Shown here piece by piece: positions 37,650 to 50,624 of a stretch of DNA of 64,000 bases. The notes beneath the pieces were generated by a model, which was not told where the DNA came from, did not search any database, and saw nothing but the letters and a program-made list of their open reading frames with translations. Each line of letters opens with the position of its first letter. Position 1 is the stretch's first letter. Source of the DNA: Octopus sinensis. Lineage: Eukaryota. The stretch is from the NCBI RefSeq assembly GCF_006345805.1, contig NC_043019.1, positions 32,053,360 through 32,117,359 of the forward strand, given 5' to 3'. A program made the translations under genes and the position numbers.

Positions 37650-38039
37650 TTAATTCAGAACTTTTGAAAACAAGACATTTGTACTACAGAGTGAGAGGCA
37701 GTTTCAGCCAGGTTTGTATCGAAAGGGTTAAAATTTGTTCTTCCCATGCTGCTCAGCACCAAATGATCCATGGCCTGCTATTGGTCCATGGCTCATTGAC
37801 TGGGAGATCTCTGTCATAAATCAAAAGCTGTCTCCTTACTGTCCTCACTCCACAAATCTTCAGTCAGTGTTCTGTGTACCTGTGTGCGTGCCGATGGCAT
37901 GCAGTGTCTTGCTACATAGCCAGGCTTCGTTCGTATGGTCTGCAGATGTCGTGGACACAGATAGAGCCTTTGTTGTCAACAGAGACGAATAAGATGCTTG
38001 TTTGTATGTGTGTGTGTATATCTGGAGAGACAAGACTAA

Positions 38040-38542
38040 AAGTGTCTTTGAACAACACTGTTAGTATATGCTTATTGCCTGGCATTTGTAGTGTGTGCAT
38101 GTGTGTGTGGTATATATATATAATATATATATATATATACCACACACGTGTGTGTATACATGTGTGTATATTTATATATATATTTTTTTTTCTAGTTACA
38201 GCTCAGCTGCAGCCATGCTGATGCACTGCCGTTTATATACACACGCACGCACACACACACATATATGAGTGTGTGTATATGTATATATATAAACATATAT
38301 ATGAGTGTGTATATATATATATACATATATAAACATTTATGTGTAAGTGTGTATGCCTCTCTCTCTCTATATATATGTATGCATATAAACATATATATAT
38401 GAGTATGTGTGTGTGTATATATATAATATATATATGTATGTATATATATACATATGTATATGTGTGTATATATGTATATGTGTGTGTGTGTATGTATGTA
38501 TGTATGTATATGTGTGTATACATGTATATGTGTGTGTATGTG

Positions 38543-38573
<31 letters not shown>

Positions 38574-39207
38574 TAGGGTATTCATTAGTGTGTGTGGATG
38601 AACTGACATGCATATACAAACATGCATATCTCTGTAGAAGTACACATATTTCTCTCTCATATTTTGTGTGTGTATGTGTGTGTTGTATGTGTTTGTGTGT
38701 GTGTATATGTGCCTGGGAGTATATGTCATTGCATATGCTTCAGTATAGTGTAAAATACGTGCATGGATGTATTAGTTTTGAGTGTGTATACAAGCACATA
38801 TGGACGCACACATGCTTACATACATATACACATGCATATATGCATGCGTATATACAAATGTATGCATGTGTGTATTTGTGTGTGTTTGTGTATGTGTGTG
38901 TATTTGTGTGTATGTGTGTGTATTTGTGTGTGCATGTGTGTGAGAAGCATGACTAATAGCCCTCCATGTAAACTGATAGGTTGCCAACCAGAGGACAATG
39001 ACACACAGACAGCCAGTTCATGTGGATGGCGATGGGGGGAGTTGGCGGGAGCACTGTTGGATGGTTGGATGGAGAGAAAGTTTGTGAGACGGTGACAGAG
39101 ACAGAGACTATGTGAGAGAGAGAGGGAGAGAGAGAGAGAGTGAGAGTGAGTGAGGGAGAATATGAGACATTGAGAGTGGGAGAGAGAGAAATATTCTGAG
39201 TTTGTAA

Positions 39208-39240
<33 letters not shown>

Positions 39241-39372
39241 CTGTGACAGAGAGAAAGAGAGAGAGAGAGCAAGGGAGAGAGCGATTGAAAGAGAGAGAGA
39301 GAGAACAAGGAAAAGAGAGATTGTGTGCATGTGACAGGCAGAAATATTTTGTATGTGACAGTAACAGCAAGA

Positions 39373-39422
<50 letters not shown>

Positions 39423-39434
39423 AAGTAAAGATTG

Positions 39435-39467
<33 letters not shown>

Positions 39468-39481
39468 GAGACGAAAGTAAA

Positions 39482-39527
<46 letters not shown>

Positions 39528-39534
39528 AAGTAAG

Positions 39535-39581
<47 letters not shown>

Positions 39582-39589
39582 AAGTAAGA

Positions 39590-39631
<42 letters not shown>

Positions 39632-39642
39632 AAGTAAGAGAT

Positions 39643-39677
<35 letters not shown>

Positions 39678-40076
39678 AAGTAGAGATTGTGTGTGTGTGT
39701 GTGCGTGTGTGTGGTGTGTGTGTGTGTGTGTAAGAGAGAGAAAGTAAGAGGTTGTGTGTGAGAGAGAGAGAGAAAGATATTCTGAGAGGGAAGGTGGAAG
39801 GTAGAGATGAACACAAGTGAAAAAGAGGAAGAGGAAGGTTGTATGTATGTGTATGTATGTATATATGTGTGTGTATGAGATTTATGTCTGTATGTGTGAG
39901 ATTTATGTATGTATGTATATATATATGTATGTGTGTGTATGAGATTTATGTATGTGTGTATGTATGTGTATCTGTATGTATGTGAGTATGTATATGTGTG
40001 TGTATGTATGTGTGTATATATCTATGTGTGTGTATGAGATTTATGTATGTATGTGTGAGATGTATGTATGTATGTA

Positions 40077-40107
<31 letters not shown>

Positions 40108-40196
40108 TTGCAAGGAATGCAGATGGATGTATTTAGTGGATAGAGATGCAGAAAGAGTAAGGATTGTGACTTTGAAGGAAGGGAGAGAGAGAGAGG

Positions 40197-40251
<55 letters not shown>

Positions 40252-40260
40252 TAAGAAATT
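38040..40260. repeat. TA/TG/GA microsatellite field including a motif-(GT)n array at 39370-39760
   Basis: Seen directly. Confidence 0.92.
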
Positions 40261-41023
40261 ATAATGAATGGATGGTGAACATTAGAAAGATAGATGGAGT
40301 TAGAGATTCAGAGACAAAGCAGAAGAGGGTCCAGAAAAAGGAGTTGAGAAGGAAAAAAGGGCTAAAGGGAGATGTGTGTGTGTGCCAGGTCCAATGTGAT
40401 CCAGTGACACAAGACATTCCAGCTGTGACCATCCCATCTTTTATATTCCCACTTAGTGCTTCTACGTTATCTGTGTCATTCCGCTTTTAAAATGGTAGGG
40501 TTAAAAGTAGTCCAGTTGATATATAACGCAAGACAATCCAGCTGTGACCATCCCTTTTTTTTTTTAGTTTCATATTTGTACTTAGGGCATCTACATTATA
40601 TGTGCCCTTTTTAATGGTTGGGTGTAGGTTGATGAGGGTTTAGCTGTTGTTTCTTGTAGATCAGGAGACCCTCGTAGTTGGTACCATGCTGGCTTGCATT
40701 GGGATGCTTCTTCTTTGTGTGAAACGGAAAGAAAGAGAGAATTTGGTTTGGAGGAATATCAGAAATGGAGAGATGGAGGAGCGGTAACAGTGAGAAAGAT
40801 AGGATGAGAGAAAGAGAGAGAGAGAGAGAGAGAGTTAGTGATTGCAAGAGGATGAATAAAATTGTAGAGATGGAGAAAGAGAGAGAGAGAGAAATTGTGT
40901 ATGTATGTATATGTGTGTGTATATATATATTATATTTGTGAGCATTTTGGGTCTAGAGTAAGAGAGAGGAAAAGATAGTGTGAGAGAGAACGAGAGAGAG
41001 AGTTGGTGTATGCTTGTGTATGT

Positions 41024-41067
<44 letters not shown>

Positions 41068-41636
41068 AATGTATATATTCGTGAGAGAAAGACAAGATAG
41101 TGTGGGTGAAAGAGGGAAAAAGAGTGACTGAGACAGACAATTAGTGAGGAAGAGGAAAAGGAAGAAAATGTGTGTGTGTGTATGTGTGTGATTGATTGAT
41201 TGAGAGTGAAGGGCATGGTGGGGGAGGGTTGCGTAAATGGATGAAAAAATACTGAGATTGCAAATATCATTGTGTATGTGTGTTTGCATCTCTGTATTGT
41301 ATCTGTATGCATGTGGGTATATATATATATATTATATATATGTGTGTGTGTAGGTGCATGTATATATATATATACACACACACATTCACTCACTCACAAG
41401 TGTCCGTGTTTGGAAAAACCAGAATGTTTCTTCCTGTTACAAATCAGACGTTTTCACTCACCTAAGTCTTGTTCTAATTACAGAAATATTATTAATATTA
41501 TTAATGTGGGTGAGCTGTAAGAATCGTTAGCTTGCTGGGCAAAATGCTTAGCAGTATTTCGTCTGTCTTTATGTTCTGAGTTCAAACTCCGCTGAGGTCG
41601 ACTTTGGCTTTTATCCTTTCTGGGTCGATAAATTAA

Positions 41637-41796
41637 CCCCTTACCCGGCAGCAACGAATATATGCGTTTTGACCTAAATCGTTTTTTTCTATCTCTGGCG
41701 AGTTAACTCGTCAAAAGATAGACTCGCCAAAATCGACAATTAAAAAATATGTCTGAAAAAATACATTTATTTTCAAAATAATTGTTGGGTAAGGTG
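41637..41796. mobile_element. piggyBac-type MITE family C (160 bp) in the TTAA of a SINE
   Basis: TTAA at 41633 and 41797; TIR ccccttacccggca / tgttgggtaaggtg; host rejoins as gtcgataaaTTAAgtaccag. Confidence 0.85.
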
Positions 41797-42302
41797 TTAA
41801 GTACCAGTTATGCACTGGGGTTGATGTAATCAACTAGTCCCCTCTCCAAAAAATTTCAAGGCCTTGTGCTTTCAGTAGTAAGGATTATTATTATTATTAT
41901 TATTAAGGTGAAATAGTGAGCTGACAAAACTATTAGTGCCAGAAAAATCCTTTGCCGTATTTCTTCTGAGTTCAAATTCCACCAGGGTCACCTTTTTTCC
42001 TTCATCCCTCTGGATTTGATAAAATGAATACCAGTTAAGTCCTGGGGCTTGATGGTATCAACTAACCCACACCTCCCAAAACTGCTGGCCTTGTGCCAAA
42101 ATTTCAAGCTGTTGGTTTCATTACTATTAAGGCAACGGAAAAAGACAGTGAGCTGGCAGAATCATTAGCACAGTGGATGAAATGCTTAGCAGTATTTCCT
42201 CTGCCGTTACGTTCTGAGTTCAAATTCCGCCAAGGTCGACTTTGCCTTTCATCCTTTCGGGGTCGATAAATTAAGTACCAGTTATGCGCTGGGGGTCGAT
42301 GT

Positions 42303-42599
42303 CATCATCATCATCATCATTTAGCGTCCGTTTTCCATGCTAGCATGGGTTGGACGGTTTAACTGGGGTCTGTGAAGCCGGAAGGCTTCATCAGGCCCAG
42401 TCAGATTTGGCAGTGTTTCTACGGCTGGATGCCCTTCCTAACGCCAACCACTCCATGAGTGTAGTGGGTGCTTTTTACGTGCCACCTGCACAGGTGCCAG
42501 ACAGAGCTGGCAAACGGTCATGAACGGATGGTGTTTTTACGTGCCACCGGCACGGGGGCCAGGTGAGGCTGGCAACGGACCGAGGCTGGCAACGGACTC
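42303..42599 (-). mobile_element. RTE LINE 3' end inserted into a Meta-like SINE
   Basis: atgt duplicated at 42299-42302 and 42600-42603. Confidence 0.85.
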
Positions 42600-43063
42600 A
42601 TGTAATCGACTTATTCCCTCTGTCTGTCCTTGTTTGTCCCCTCTATGTTTAGCCCCTTGTGGGTAGTAAAGAAATAGGTATTTTGCCTGTCGCTGTGTTC
42701 TGAGTTCAAATTCTGAATGTGGTCAGCTTTGATTTTCATCCTTTCAAGGTTGATAAATCGAGTACCAGTTATGCACTGGAGTTGATATAATCGACTAGCC
42801 CCCTCTCCCACAATTTCAGGCCTTTTGCCTATAGTAGAAAGGATTATTAAGGCAACAAAAGTAGCGAGCAGGCAGAATCATTATTAGCATGCTGGACGAA
42901 ATGCTTAGCAGTATTTCGCCTGCTACTACATTCTGAGTTCAAATTATGCCTAAGTCAACATTATTACTTGGATGATGACAAGGATGGTGATGATATTTTC
43001 CTCCTCCTCCTGCCTCCCTCTTTAAGTTTTACTTCCATTTTTCCATACTAGCATGGGTTAGAT

Positions 43064-43239
43064 CAGTGGTTCCCAACCAGTGGTTCGCAGACCCCTAGTG
43101 GTCTGCAAAGGTAGTTCTGGGGGTCTATGAACTAAATTCAAAATTTCATATACATACATACAAACAAGGATAACCATATTAAATTGGGATGTGGGAAAAC
43201 TCATTTAAATAAAAGTAGTGAAAAGGTTTGGAACTACTG
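43064..43239. mobile_element. hAT-type MITE (176 bp)
   Basis: TIR cagtggttcccaacc / ggtttggaactactg; 8-bp TSD ggttagat / ggtgagat. Confidence 0.85.
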
Positions 43240-43459
43240 GGTGAGATGAAAATCTATATTTTCCTGCTTGCAACCCAGATTTCGTCATTCAAAATTTACA
43301 GCTCAAAAAATTAGGTCAACTTATACTTCAAAACAGCTTTGGTGGACAAAAACTTCTGTGTGAAATGCAACAGGATTTGGAAAGAAAGTGACTGTGTTCA
43401 AATGTTTACACTACACATTATGTTGATTTGTATGTTTTAAAATGCTATATATGTGTGTG

Positions 43460-44172
43460 TGTGTATGTACACTCTTGGAGTGGTTGGTGTTAAGAAGGGC
43501 ATCCAGCTGTAGAAATTTTGCCAGATCAGATTGGAGCATGGTGCAGCCTTCTGGCTCACCAGTCCTCAGTCAAACTGTCCAACCCATGCCAGCATGGAAA
43601 GCGGATGTTAAAAGACGACGACAATATAAGACCTGACAAGCCAAGTGAGACTGTAGCTGTGGCCTATTCCAGTGTCTTGTAACTGGCCCATTTAAGAGTA
43701 CCCTTCAATCATTGGGCAATAAACTGTGCTTGAGAAGACCTGTTGAGTCAAGTGAAATCATTGTTGCAGCCGATGCCAGTCCTACCAGACTGTCTCCTGT
43801 GCCAGTGGCACATAAAACGTACCATATGAACGTCATCGATTCCAGTGCCACCTGACTGGTCCTGTGCTGGTAGCACATAAAAAGAATTTGAGTATGGTCG
43901 TTGCTAGTGCTGCCTGAATGGCTCCTGAGCTAGTGGCACATAAAAAGCTCTGTTTGAGTGTGGTTGATGCCAGTACCATCTGACTGGCCCCCATGCCGGT
44001 GGCATGTAAAAAAGCACCCACTACACTCTTGGAGTGATTGGCATTAGGAAGAAACCTTGCCAGATCAGATTGGAGCCTGGTGCAGCTTCTTGGCTTGCCA
44101 GTCCTCAGTCAAACCGTAAAACCTATGCCAGCATGGAAAGCAGATGTTAAACAATGATGATGATGATGATGA
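43460..44172 (+). mobile_element. Two adjacent RTE LINE 3' ends
   Basis: Two gaagggcatcc..ccagcatggaaagc blocks (second partly deleted); tgtgcttgagaagacc (VLEKT) near 43725; (GAT)n tail at 44155-44172. Confidence 0.75.
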
Positions 44173-44249
44173 TAGTTCAGATTTGCAGAAAATAAAAGAT
44201 GGCAGGTGTGTTAGTTTAATGCTCAAGAAGAATGGAAAAGTCTTTTAGA

Positions 44250-44400
44250 TAATCAGCCGAAATTGCAAGAATGATCCGGTTCTTGACAGAAGATTAGAGG
44301 CTTCGAATGACCCGTCCATTTTTTGTGTCGTCTATTTGAGTGTTTTGCGTTCTTGTCCCATTTTGTATTTTTATATATATTTTTTATACATATGTATATA
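44250..44400 (+). mobile_element. Unclassified repeat fragment
   Basis: Homologous to the minus strand of 62810-62935 (cagccgaaat..gaagattagaggcttcga.tgaccc). Confidence 0.65.
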
Positions 44401-45065
44401 TATATATGCTAATGAAGAAAGCATCTACATAGACATGAAACCTGCTAAAAATAGCAGCTAAATCTCTCTCAAATTGCTCCTCTCTTCCATATATATCTAC
44501 ATACCATATTTTCCAGCATGCCAGTCAAAATTTTCAGACCAAAATTTATAGCCAAAAATGGTTGGTTGATTTATATGCACCAAGATGACTTTGGAGGATC
44601 AAAAGTTTCCATGTGAATTGCAGCATGATTGAGACAGATATTAACAATGTTTGAATTCTTACCCTTCATGTTTCTGCTGTACACTATGTAGACTTATATG
44701 CTGGAAAATATGGTCTGTTATAGAGGTATTAGTTTACAACAAGATGCCTTTCCTGTCACTAACCCTTACCTGTTCTTCAGAACAGGGGTTTTTATTCCAA
44801 AAGGTCGAAAGCCAACAAATGATCTACTAAGAGGGAAATACCAGCAACATTATCAATTTAGACCTGTGGTTCTCAGTCTGGTCCTGTGATCCCTGGGGTT
44901 CCCATGTAAGGTTTTTGGGGGTCCATGCAAGCAAAATAGTAAATTGGATATCAGCAGTAGTATTTTAAGGGTTAGGGTTAGGGTTTTCGGGGTCCATTGA
45001 AAAATATAGCTTTAGAAGTATTTATTTACAAGAAACAGTAAGATTTTTTTCCTCAAAATTTTTAC

Positions 45066-45472
45066 AGGCACAAGAGTGGCTGTGTGGTAAGTAGCTTGCT
45101 TAGAAACCACATGGTTCCGGGTTCAGTCCCACTGCAAGGCACTTTGGGCAAGTATCTTCTACTATAGCCTCGGGCTGACCAAAGCCTTGTGAGTTGATTT
45201 GGTAGACGGAAACTGAAAGAAGCCTGTCATATGTATATATATGTATATGTATATATGTTTGCGTGTCTGTGTTTGTCCCCCCCAACATTGCTTGACAACC
45301 AATGCTGGTGTGTTTACGTCCCCTTAACCTAGCGGTTCGGCAAAAGAGACCGATAGAGTAAGTACTACTAGGCTTACAGAGAATGAGTCCCGGGGTCGAT
45401 TTGCTCGACTAAAGGTGGTGCTCCAGTATGGCCACAGTCACATGACTGAAACAAGTAACAGAGTAAAAGAGT
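45066..45472 (+). mobile_element. Composite SINE, full length
   Basis: Matches consensus. Confidence 0.9.
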
Positions 45473-45803
45473 AGTCCATCCTACACAAGTGAATGTGTGA
45501 CAGACAAAATAGGAATTTTGAAAGATCTTTCTATAAAACTGGTTTTAAACTTCGAATGGCTAGGGGGGGGGGTTTCCACCAGAGGAAACTAGCAATCGAA
45601 GGATTCCATAGATAAAGAATGATTCAGAACTACCGATGTCAACCAATGTTTCTATTCACCTTACTTGCTATATTCCCTTATATCTCTCTACATCTCGCTT
45701 TAATATCAGACTCTTTTTATTCTTATCTCTCTCTGTAAGCCCTTTCTCCTTTGATCTCTCTCTCTCTCTCTCCCTTCACTCACATCTATGTATCTCTTAG
45801 TCC

Positions 45804-45848
<45 letters not shown>

Positions 45849-46093
45849 TTTTCTCTTGTCTCTCTGTTTATTCTCCAAACAATCTACGATTTGTCATGGA
45901 GCTCCCTAGAGCTCTGTCAGCTCCCGCACAGTCTTTCTTAGATCCCTTCTTTTTGTATGTCCCTTTATGCAATTGCCTGACCACCTATTCATCCATCCAT
46001 CCATCAATTGAGCTGTGTATCTATTTCTCTCTCTCACTTTCTATCCATTGATCAATCCAACTGTCTCTATCTATCTATCTATCTATCTATATA

Positions 46094-47114
46094 TATATAT
46101 ATTGTATATAAGAAAAAGGGACAGGCAAACAGGTTGCTTGACCGCATACCGAAAAAATAGAAATAGCAGTCAAGAATGCTTATTTCTATCAAAGTTGGAC
46201 TCCGGGCACGACAAACCCTGTAATTCACATATGCAAAACAGAAGGAATAGATAACGAAAACAAAGTCTGGTGGTTATCTGTGAACATCATGTTTCTGGAT
46301 TATAAACATATTGAATATATATTTCATATATATTTTTGATATATATTTCATATACATTGCATATATATTTCACATCCTTCTTCAGCACAGCTTTCCATTG
46401 AAAAAGATTTATCATAGATTTATCAAATGCTACGTACCTCAAACCTTCTGACCATGCAACATCAAAATATTTGAAGAAAGTGAGCAAAAGCTAAACCTAC
46501 ATAGACGTTTGAATTCGTAAATCTTCCCTCCAAAATCTTGCCATGCGCACTACAAAAATAGTTCCATAAAATTGGGAACCATTGGGTTGTCATAAGGGAG
46601 TGAAAAATCCAAATAGTAATATAATAATAAGAGTAAATAATTTCTATAAAGGCTTTTAAAAAAAACCCAATTATTTACTGGTAGAATTCGGTATGTAAAT
46701 ATAGCCGATTACCGGCAGGAACTTCTGTAAAGTTCAGTATATATATTGTATATAAGAAAAAGGGACAGGCAAACAGGTTGCTTGACCGCATACCGAAAAA
46801 ATAGAAATAGCAGTCAAGAATGCTTATTTCTATCAAAGTTGGACTCCGGGCACGACAAACCCTGTAATTCACATATGCAAAACAGAAGGAATAGATAACG
46901 AAAACGAAGTCTGGTGGTTATCTGTGAACATCATGTTTCTGGATTATAAACATATTGAATATATATTTCATATATATTTTTGATATATATTTCATATACA
47001 TTGCATATATATTTCACATCCTTCTTCAGCACAGCTTTCCATTGAAAAAGATTTATCATAGATTTATCAAATGCTACGTACCTCAAACCTTCTGACCATG
47101 CGACATCAAAATAT
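46094..47114 (+). repeat. 377-bp direct repeat, 644-bp period
   Basis: 46094-46470 vs 46738-47114; two mismatches seen. Confidence 0.93.
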
Positions 47115-47211
47115 ATCTACCTGTCTCTCTACCTATCTATCTATCTACCTGTCTCTCTACCTATCTATCTATCTACCTGTCTCTCTACCTATCTATCTAT
47201 CTACCTATCTA

Positions 47212-47255
<44 letters not shown>

Positions 47256-47569
47256 ATTATCTATCTACCTATTTATCTATCTATCTATCTATCTAATCTA
47301 TTTTTTTTTTTTTTTTTTTAATACCTTCAAAGAAAAGCTCTACCTTGTAATTTGTTCTATCTGTGTGCAGCCCTGTGTGGCTAATAAAGAAACATATCTA
47401 TCTATCTAATCTATCTATCTATCCATCTATCTATCTATCTATCTAATTATCTATCTATCTATCTATCCATCTGTCTATCTATCTAATTATCTATCTATCC
47501 ATCCATCCATCCATCTATCTATCTATCTATCTTTCTATCTATCTATCTATCTATCTATCTACCTATCTA

Positions 47570-47601
<32 letters not shown>

Positions 47602-47633
47602 CCTATCTAATTATCTATCTATCTATCTATCTA

Positions 47634-47689
<56 letters not shown>

Positions 47690-47705
47690 ATTATCTATCT
47701 ATCTG
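47115..47705. repeat. (TATC)n tetranucleotide microsatellite
   Basis: About 590 bp with a short interruption at 47300-47395; more (TATC)n at 49130-49320. Confidence 0.95.
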
Positions 47706-48835
47706 TGTGTGTGTGTTGTGTGTATATATCACTCTATATACTAATTGATTGATCGATCCAGCTGTCTATCTATCTATCTATCTATCTGCCTGCCTGTCTG
47801 TCTGTCTGTCCATCTATCCATAATTTTTTCTGTCTCTCTGTCTATGATCACGTGTATGTATATGTGCATATGTATATATGTGCATACATTTATATGCATA
47901 TATTTATGTGTGTGTGTCTATGTATAGTTATGTGTATACACACACACAAACACACACACACATCTATCATATCCATTTGTCAATATAACCATCTGCCTAT
48001 CCAGCTTGTTATGCACTCCTCCTCTCTCCTCCTCTCTCCACTCTGCATCTCTCCCTCCCTCTCACGATGCATACTCTCCTCCTACTGTCCCTCTTTGCTT
48101 TCTTCAACTTCCTTCATTTTCACATAACTTGCCAACAACCACCTTACTGTTACTACTACTACTACTACGATGAGGAGTACTACCACCACCACCACCACCG
48201 CCGTCACCGTCATACCCCCACGGCGCCATCATCGTTACCGTCGTCGTCACCACTGCCAACAACACCATCACCACCACCACCACCACCATTAGCATAATGT
48301 AATACAACAATCATTATCATCACCACCATCATCACAGTATTAACTAATTGCCACGATTCAATGATGATGATGATGATGATTGCTTTTATTTGCCACAGGC
48401 TTATGATGATGATTTTGATGATGACGATGATGATGATGATGATGGTTATGTCTCAATGACTGATGTTACAGTTCACCTAGCTTTTCATTCAGAGCCATCA
48501 ATCTTCTTCTCCAACAGTTCACCTTTCCTTCTTTCTTTTTTTTCCTTCCTTCTCTCTTTCTCTCTTTCGCCTTTCTCATTCTGCCTTTGCTCTCCTCTTT
48601 CCTTCTCTCTCTTTCTCTCTCACTCATTATCCTCCTCTCTCTCTCTCTCTCTCTGCCTCTTACATGCAAACCTATCGTTCATTCTCTCTCTCTCTCTCTC
48701 TCTCTCTATTTCTATCCCTCTTTCATATTATTCTCTCCTACCTCTTCTCCCCCACTCCAACTATCTCTCTCACTCTTTCATATACTTCCCTCTCCCTCTC
48801 TCTCTCTCTCTTGCTTTTTCTCTTACTCTCCGTCT

Positions 48836-49020
48836 CTCATTTACTCCTTTCTCTTAGTACTCTCCCTAAATCACAGAATACAGAAAAAAAAGTGTCAAAA
48901 TACAATGCAAATCAATATTGGAAATCATCAATATGGTTTCCTTAACATCTATCAGTTCATTTGCCTGTCGTTTTTCTCTCTCTCTCTTTCTTTCTTTCTC
49001 TCTTTCTCTCTATTTTTCTC
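48836..49020 (+). repeat. Donor of a local inverted duplication (copy at 50700-50874)
   Basis: Near-identical reverse complement; one substitution plus microsatellite length change. Confidence 0.9.
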
Positions 49021-49135
49021 TCATTGTTTGTCTGTCACACATTTTATTTATGGTTATTAATCCAGTCTATTTGTGTGTGTGTGTGTGTGTTCTTGTTTTC
49101 TTTCATTTTGTGTAATAGCTCAGCTCAGTTATCTG

Positions 49136-49199
<64 letters not shown>

Positions 49200-49371
49200 C
49201 CTATCTATTTACCTATCTATCTATCAACCTACCTATCTATCTATCTACCTACCTACCTATCTGTGTACCTACCTATCTATCTACCTATCTAGCTATTTGT
49301 CTATGTACCTATCTGTCTATTCTGTCTCTACATCTATCTTTATATATATATCTATCTTTATATATATCTAT

Positions 49372-49437
<66 letters not shown>

Positions 49438-49516
49438 GTTACAAATTGAGATAGGGGCTGTAAATGCAACCCTCCATGGGATAACTTATATATATATATA
49501 TATACATATATATGTA

Positions 49517-49740
49517 GAGGCGCAATGGCCTAGTGGTTAGGGCAGCGGACTCGCGGTCGCAGGATCGCGGTTTCGATTCTCAGACTGGGCGTTGTGTGTG
49601 TTTATTGAGCGAAAACACCTAAAAGCTCTACGAGGCTCCGGCAGGGGGTGGTGATCCCTGCTGTACTCTTTCACCACAATGGCGGTGCCCCAGCATGGCC
49701 ACAGCTCAAGAGCTGAAACTTGAAAAACAAAAAAAAAAAA
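49517..49740 (+). mobile_element. tRNA-headed SINE 5' part fused to a stem-loop tail
   Basis: Family head up to ctctttcaccacaa, then tggcggtgccccagcatggccacagctcaagagctgaaac and an A-rich end. Confidence 0.8.
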
Positions 49741-50624
49741 TATATACACACACACATACTTCCCTTGTGTATCTCTCTGTCTATCTATCCATCTATTCAT
49801 TCCTCTGTATATTTATCTATCTACTCACATACATACACACACACACATTATTTCTCTTACTGACATATCTATCTATCTATCTATCTATCTATCCATTATC
49901 TATTTATTTGTCTGTTGGTATGTATCAGTCTGTCTGTCATCAATCAGCTTGTCTATGTTTAATGCTAAGCAAGGAACAGGAGAAAGCAGAGGAGGATCTA
50001 GCTGAAAATTTAAAAAAAAAAAAAAAAGAACCATTGCTCTAAACCTCAGCAGCAACAGCCGTGATGTGAAGGGTTTTTAAGTTCAGACTTAATTGCATAT
50101 AACACTAGTATCTGTCATGGGGTTTCCTGTGTTCTTGTATGATCATTGACCACCCACCTACCCAGTCCTCTGTTAATAGAGAACCATACAGGGTGAATAC
50201 TACTGTGGCCATGTAAAGGAAAAAAAAAAAATGTATCGTGTTTGTTTGTTTGTTTTTCAGCCTCTATCTGGTCAGCTGATGATCTAGAAATGGCAGTCAA
50301 ATATCTTTTGTATCATGTCACATCCTGTCAGCTTATTAAAGTAGTATGTTATAGACTTAATGAAAGTTGATGGGATGCTGTCTAATAAAAACAAATGAAC
50401 AAACAAACATGCTCCGTGATTAAGTAGCTTGCTTCCCAACCAAGTGGTCTTGGGTTCAGTCCCACTGTGTGGCACCTTGGGCAAGTGCCTGCTACTATAG
50501 CCACAAGACCTTGTAAATGGATTTGGTAAGTGGAAACAGGAAGAACTTCATCATATTTCATTCCATAGCTGTCATCTCTGAGAAGCGCAGGGTTACATAT
50601 TTGGACTTTTACCTAACATTCCAT

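Larger units (their letters stand above)
36893..37727 (-). mobile_element. piggyBac-type MITE A containing a nested MITE B and SINE
   Basis: Ends ccctttcgttac / gtatcgaaaggg-TTAA; halves rejoin as gattTTAAttc. Confidence 0.85.
41506..42960 (+). mobile_element. Head-to-tail cluster of about 5-6 Meta-like SINE copies of differing age
   Basis: Repeated gagctggcagaatc..ttctgagttcaaattc..tttcatcc blocks. Confidence 0.75.

Noticed and set aside
38816-39816. 332-aa and 287-aa ORFs, the longest in the track
   Set aside because: They lie wholly in the GT/GA compound array; no complex coding sequence.
44968-44983. Telomere-like agggTTAGGGTTAGGG
   Set aside because: Only two full units, inside a decayed MITE-like segment; too short to call an interstitial telomere.
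46094-47114. TRIM/LTR element interpretation
   Set aside because: No matching TSD, no PBS after the first repeat and no polypurine tract before the second.
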